Positions 47,572 through 50,378 of a DNA stretch of 50,378 nucleotides are shown here, one piece after another. A model generated the notes under the pieces. That model saw nothing but the letters and a program-made list of their open reading frames with translations. It did not search any database and was not told where the DNA came from. The translations under genes and the position numbers were made by a program. Source of the DNA: a virus (taxonomy: Duplodnaviria > Caudoviricetes); the IMG/VR virus record IMGVR_UViG_3300047550_006758, positions 1-50,378 of that record; one strand, written 5' to 3'. The first letter of the stretch is position 1. Every line of letters begins with the position of its first letter.

Positions 47572-48663
47572 ATGTCATATTCTAAAATCATACTTAATAG
47601 CGATATTAAACTATCCTGGCCTTATCCCCGCACTGAAGGGGAGATTGCAAGCGATATTAATAATGTTATCTCCAGCAATGATATTTATACTATTACTCTT
47701 CCCCCAAGCAATACTGTAGAAACCGGTACTAGCTTGTTGTTTAATAATGTCGGACAAAAAGACTTTACCCTTTTATATAATGACGGAACGCCGCTAACTA
47801 ACGTAATTATTCCCGGGGAGGTAATACAGATATATCTAACTGAGAATCTAACCAGTAAAGGAATATGGCAAGTAATACCTTTTGGGGGAGGTAGTAGCGG
47901 CATAGTAAGTTTTTCTACAGAAAGTCTGAATAACAGCTTGCTGATTACAAATTCAACTGTTACTCCTCCGACCGGTAACATTATTTTTAAGGTTGCCGAC
48001 TCGTTGAATAATTTAAATAACCTGGCTACTCAGGTACAGAATGGATTTTTAGTAATAACCGGTAATACTCCGCTTTCATATGTTACCAGAAAAATAGGCG
48101 GTGGCTCTAATATAACCTTGCAAAGCGGTGATGGGGTTAGCGGCGATGTAATTATTAATTTAGCCGATTCTTTAGCTGGGTTATCCAGTATCAATGTAGG
48201 TAATCTCTTAATATCTGTAAATACGATTACCACGGCAAGCGGGAGTGAGGATATTAACCTCGCTACTGTAGATGACGGAGTAATCAATTTAAACAGTACT
48301 CAAATTGACAATATCGGTAATATGACAATACCGGGGAAGATTATAAATCCCGCTACTGCTAAGGCTTATTGTTTCTTTTACGATAATAATTCACCTACCA
48401 GTAATATCCAGATAGAGAGCAGCTTTAATATAGCATCGGTTAGCGGAGCAAACGGGTCTTATGTTGTGAAGTTTGCTACTCCTTTTCCTGACGGTAATTA
48501 TGCTGTATTAACAACACTTAGCAGAGGAGCGGAAGTAGTAGCACCGTTTCAGGTGTTCTTTAGGTCTAGATCTGCTACTGAATTTATTATTTTTACAACC
48601 GACACACTCGGTAATTTGCTTCCCGTACTTGATGGCGTATCCGTAGTGGTATTTGGTAATTAA
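47572..48663 (+). CDS. Beta-rich structural protein, copy B
   Basis: Paralog of 3899-4990. Confidence 0.6.
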   Translation: MSYSKIILNSDIKLSWPYPRTEGEIASDINNVISSNDIYTITLPPSNTVETGTSLLFNNVGQKDFTLLYNDGTPLTNVIIPGEVIQIYLTENLTSKGIWQVIPFGGGSSGIVSFSTESLNNSLLITNSTVTPPTGNIIFKVADSLNNLNNLATQVQNGFLVITGNTPLSYVTRKIGGGSNITLQSGDGVSGDVIINLADSLAGLSSINVGNLLISVNTITTASGSEDINLATVDDGVINLNSTQIDNIGNMTIPGKIINPATAKAYCFFYDNNSPTSNIQIESSFNIASVSGANGSYVVKFATPFPDGNYAVLTTLSRGAEVVAPFQVFFRSRSATEFIIFTTDTLGNLLPVLDGVSVVVFGN

Positions 48664-48689
48664 AGGGGATAAAACTTGATAGAAAGAAT

Positions 48690-49088
48690 ATGCAAGAGAA
48701 TAAAGAATTAAAAATATATGATTATACAGTTATAGGAATGTTTTTAAATCCTGAAGGGTTTTTTGCCGTTAAGGTAAGCCTAGACAAAAATAATAAACAT
48801 AAAGTAATTTTAAAATTTGCTAACAAACTCATAGAAGATTTATTTAAAAATGTGATTTCCGAAGAAGAAATAGAAAACAAACTAAATGCTCTTTTAATGG
48901 TAAATAGCAAATTTCTTTTTATTAGATTGGTTAGATTGGCACTTGGCAGTGAAAGAATCAAAACGCAATTAAGAGCAAATCAGACAGGTATATTTATACT
49001 GACTGGCGAAAAATGGCAAAAAATAATGGATAGGATAGAACAAGAAGAGCTTGAAGTAATACTTGCTCAAGGGCTTGAAGATATCTGA
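48690..49088 (+). CDS. Hypothetical protein present only in copy B
   Basis: 132-aa ORF; only its last codons remain in copy A (4991-5008). Confidence 0.7.
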   Translation: MQENKELKIYDYTVIGMFLNPEGFFAVKVSLDKNNKHKVILKFANKLIEDLFKNVISEEEIENKLNALLMVNSKFLFIRLVRLALGSERIKTQLRANQTGIFILTGEKWQKIMDRIEQEELEVILAQGLEDI

Positions 49089-49111
49089 ACAACCCTAAAT
49101 AGTAGTACAAT

Positions 49112-49141
49112 TTGCAAAAGTGGTAACCTTTTTGCTATAAT
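49112..49141 (+). promoter_or_regulatory. Capsid operon promoter, copy B
   Basis: TTGCAA-N18-TATAAT. Confidence 0.75.
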
Positions 49142-49158
49142 ATAATTAGGTAGAAAAA

Positions 49159-49362
49159 AAGTCATGACTAGACTTAAAAAGGTTCCCGTCATTGCTAGAC
49201 GTAAAAAGGCGTAGTTTGTAGCTAAATCTTTTTCTTAAAAAGCTACCTCTGTCATCGCAAGACACAAAAAGGCTAGTTTTGAAACTTATCTAGAATCAAA
49301 GTTTATCGTCATAACTAGACGTTAAAAGGTCTCCTGAGCTTGAATTAGCTTATCTTTTTTAA
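49159..49362 (+). ncRNA. Structured four-hairpin leader, copy B
   Basis: Stems conserved relative to 5080-5282; differences fall mainly in loops and linkers. Confidence 0.6.
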
Positions 49363-49410
49363 ATCTAAAATATTTATATTTTTTAATAATTAACAATATA
49401 CGAGGAAATT

Positions 49411-50229
49411 ATGTCTAATGGCATTAACGCTCCTTATGGATTGCAAATAGTTCAATCTCAAATAGGAAATGGCGGAACACAAAAATTAGGCCAATACTTT
49501 ATTTATGCCTCTGCTGATGGTCAAACTACTTGGAACACTAGTATCTTTCAAGGTGATATGGTTAAATATTATCCAGCAAGAACTGCTGCTACATGGGATG
49601 CTCAATTAGGTACTATAGTACCAGCATTAACTCCACAAGCTGGGGCTGCGGCAAACACAATAGTAGGAGTACCTGTAGGAATTTTTATAGGTTGTGAATT
49701 TACAGATGCTTTAACTGGCTATCAAGTAAATTCTGATTATTGGCCAGCAAGCAGACAAGTTAAAGCAGGTACAAAAATCATTGCTTGGGTTAATGATGAT
49801 CCAGAAGTAGTATTTAAAACTCAGATTTCTACTTCAACGAATAACACTCCTGCAGCTACTCAAAACAACATTGCTCCATCTATATTTCAAAATATTTTTT
49901 CTGGTCAAAATGCCAAATTACAAGTAGGAGGAGTAGCTTTTACTGCCCCTGCGGCGGCAATTCCTACCAATAATCCAGCAACAGGTAATACTACAACTGG
50001 ACAGTCTGCTTATTACTTAGATGGTAGTTCAATAACTTTGGCTGTTGGAAATGCTGGTAATCCAACATTTGAAATAAAAATTATTGGATTAGTTCCAGAA
50101 TTACAGACAAATGCAAATCCTGCGGGATTAGTACAAGGTATAAATATGCCTTTTATTGATGTGTTATGTAAATTTAACGTGCATATCCATGGGTCTACAG
50201 GTACTCCAGGTGTATTCTTCACTAACTAG
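49411..50229 (+). CDS. Capsid decoration protein, divergent allele
   Basis: Shares N-terminus, SDYWP, VNDDP and G.NMPF blocks with 5332-6117. Confidence 0.65.
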   Translation: MSNGINAPYGLQIVQSQIGNGGTQKLGQYFIYASADGQTTWNTSIFQGDMVKYYPARTAATWDAQLGTIVPALTPQAGAAANTIVGVPVGIFIGCEFTDALTGYQVNSDYWPASRQVKAGTKIIAWVNDDPEVVFKTQISTSTNNTPAATQNNIAPSIFQNIFSGQNAKLQVGGVAFTAPAAAIPTNNPATGNTTTGQSAYYLDGSSITLAVGNAGNPTFEIKIIGLVPELQTNANPAGLVQGINMPFIDVLCKFNVHIHGSTGTPGVFFTN

Positions 50230-50252
50230 GATTAGGATTATGTCCATAATAA

Positions 50253-50378
50253 GGGGTCTAGTGGAAGAACACCCAAAAGTGTCGTTTTATTTTTTATTCC
50301 CATCAATCCCAGTATTTTAGTACATTACCTCAACTAATTTTATCTCAACCATTACTTAAACTTCCTATTTTTACATTT
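50253..50378. mobile_element. Probable end of an inserted IS/transposon interrupting copy B
   Basis: Homology with copy A stops abruptly at GGGGTCTAGTGGAAG..., a terminal-inverted-repeat-like start. Confidence 0.45.

Larger units (their letters stand above)
43677..50252 (+). repeat. Copy B of the long direct repeat (second related prophage unit, truncated)
   Basis: Colinear with 1-6142; has one extra ORF and a divergent decoration gene. Confidence 0.97.

Noticed and set aside
43677-50252. Simple circular-assembly overlap or terminal redundancy
   Set aside because: Copies differ by many substitutions, indels, one gene and one allele

Overview
AT-rich window holding one essentially complete ~43.7 kb unit of a short-tailed (podovirus-type) prophage or phage-plasmid, followed head-to-tail by the start of a second, clearly diverged copy (1-6142 recurs at 43677-50252). 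The second copy stops at a probable mobile-element end at 50253. Gene content suggests a Rickettsiales-type endosymbiont host (inference from a rickettsial plasmid-like Rep, an Rpn nuclease, a porin, patatin and WO-like RuvC/SSB). Order: portal, GroES-like chaperonin, scaffold, structured leader, decoration protein, major capsid, adaptor and tail-fibre genes, patatin, tail nozzle, DinJ-YafQ, RuvC, cold-shock protein, an inverted ejection-protein operon, SemiSWEET, Bet/Exo, two paralogous Rep proteins (one with 22-bp iterons), SSB, TerS, a dual-frame C5-methylase, ParA plus partner with 10-bp repeats, Rpn, porin, TerL. I recognised no integrase, endolysin, rRNA, tRNA or CRISPR array. Most unusual signals: a tail-fibre motif split twice at the same residue between consecutive genes, a four-hairpin leader before the capsid genes, an unannotated 41-aa mimic of the capsid N-terminus, and a stand-alone RpnS-like peptide. 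All calls come from reading motifs by eye; no database searches were run.
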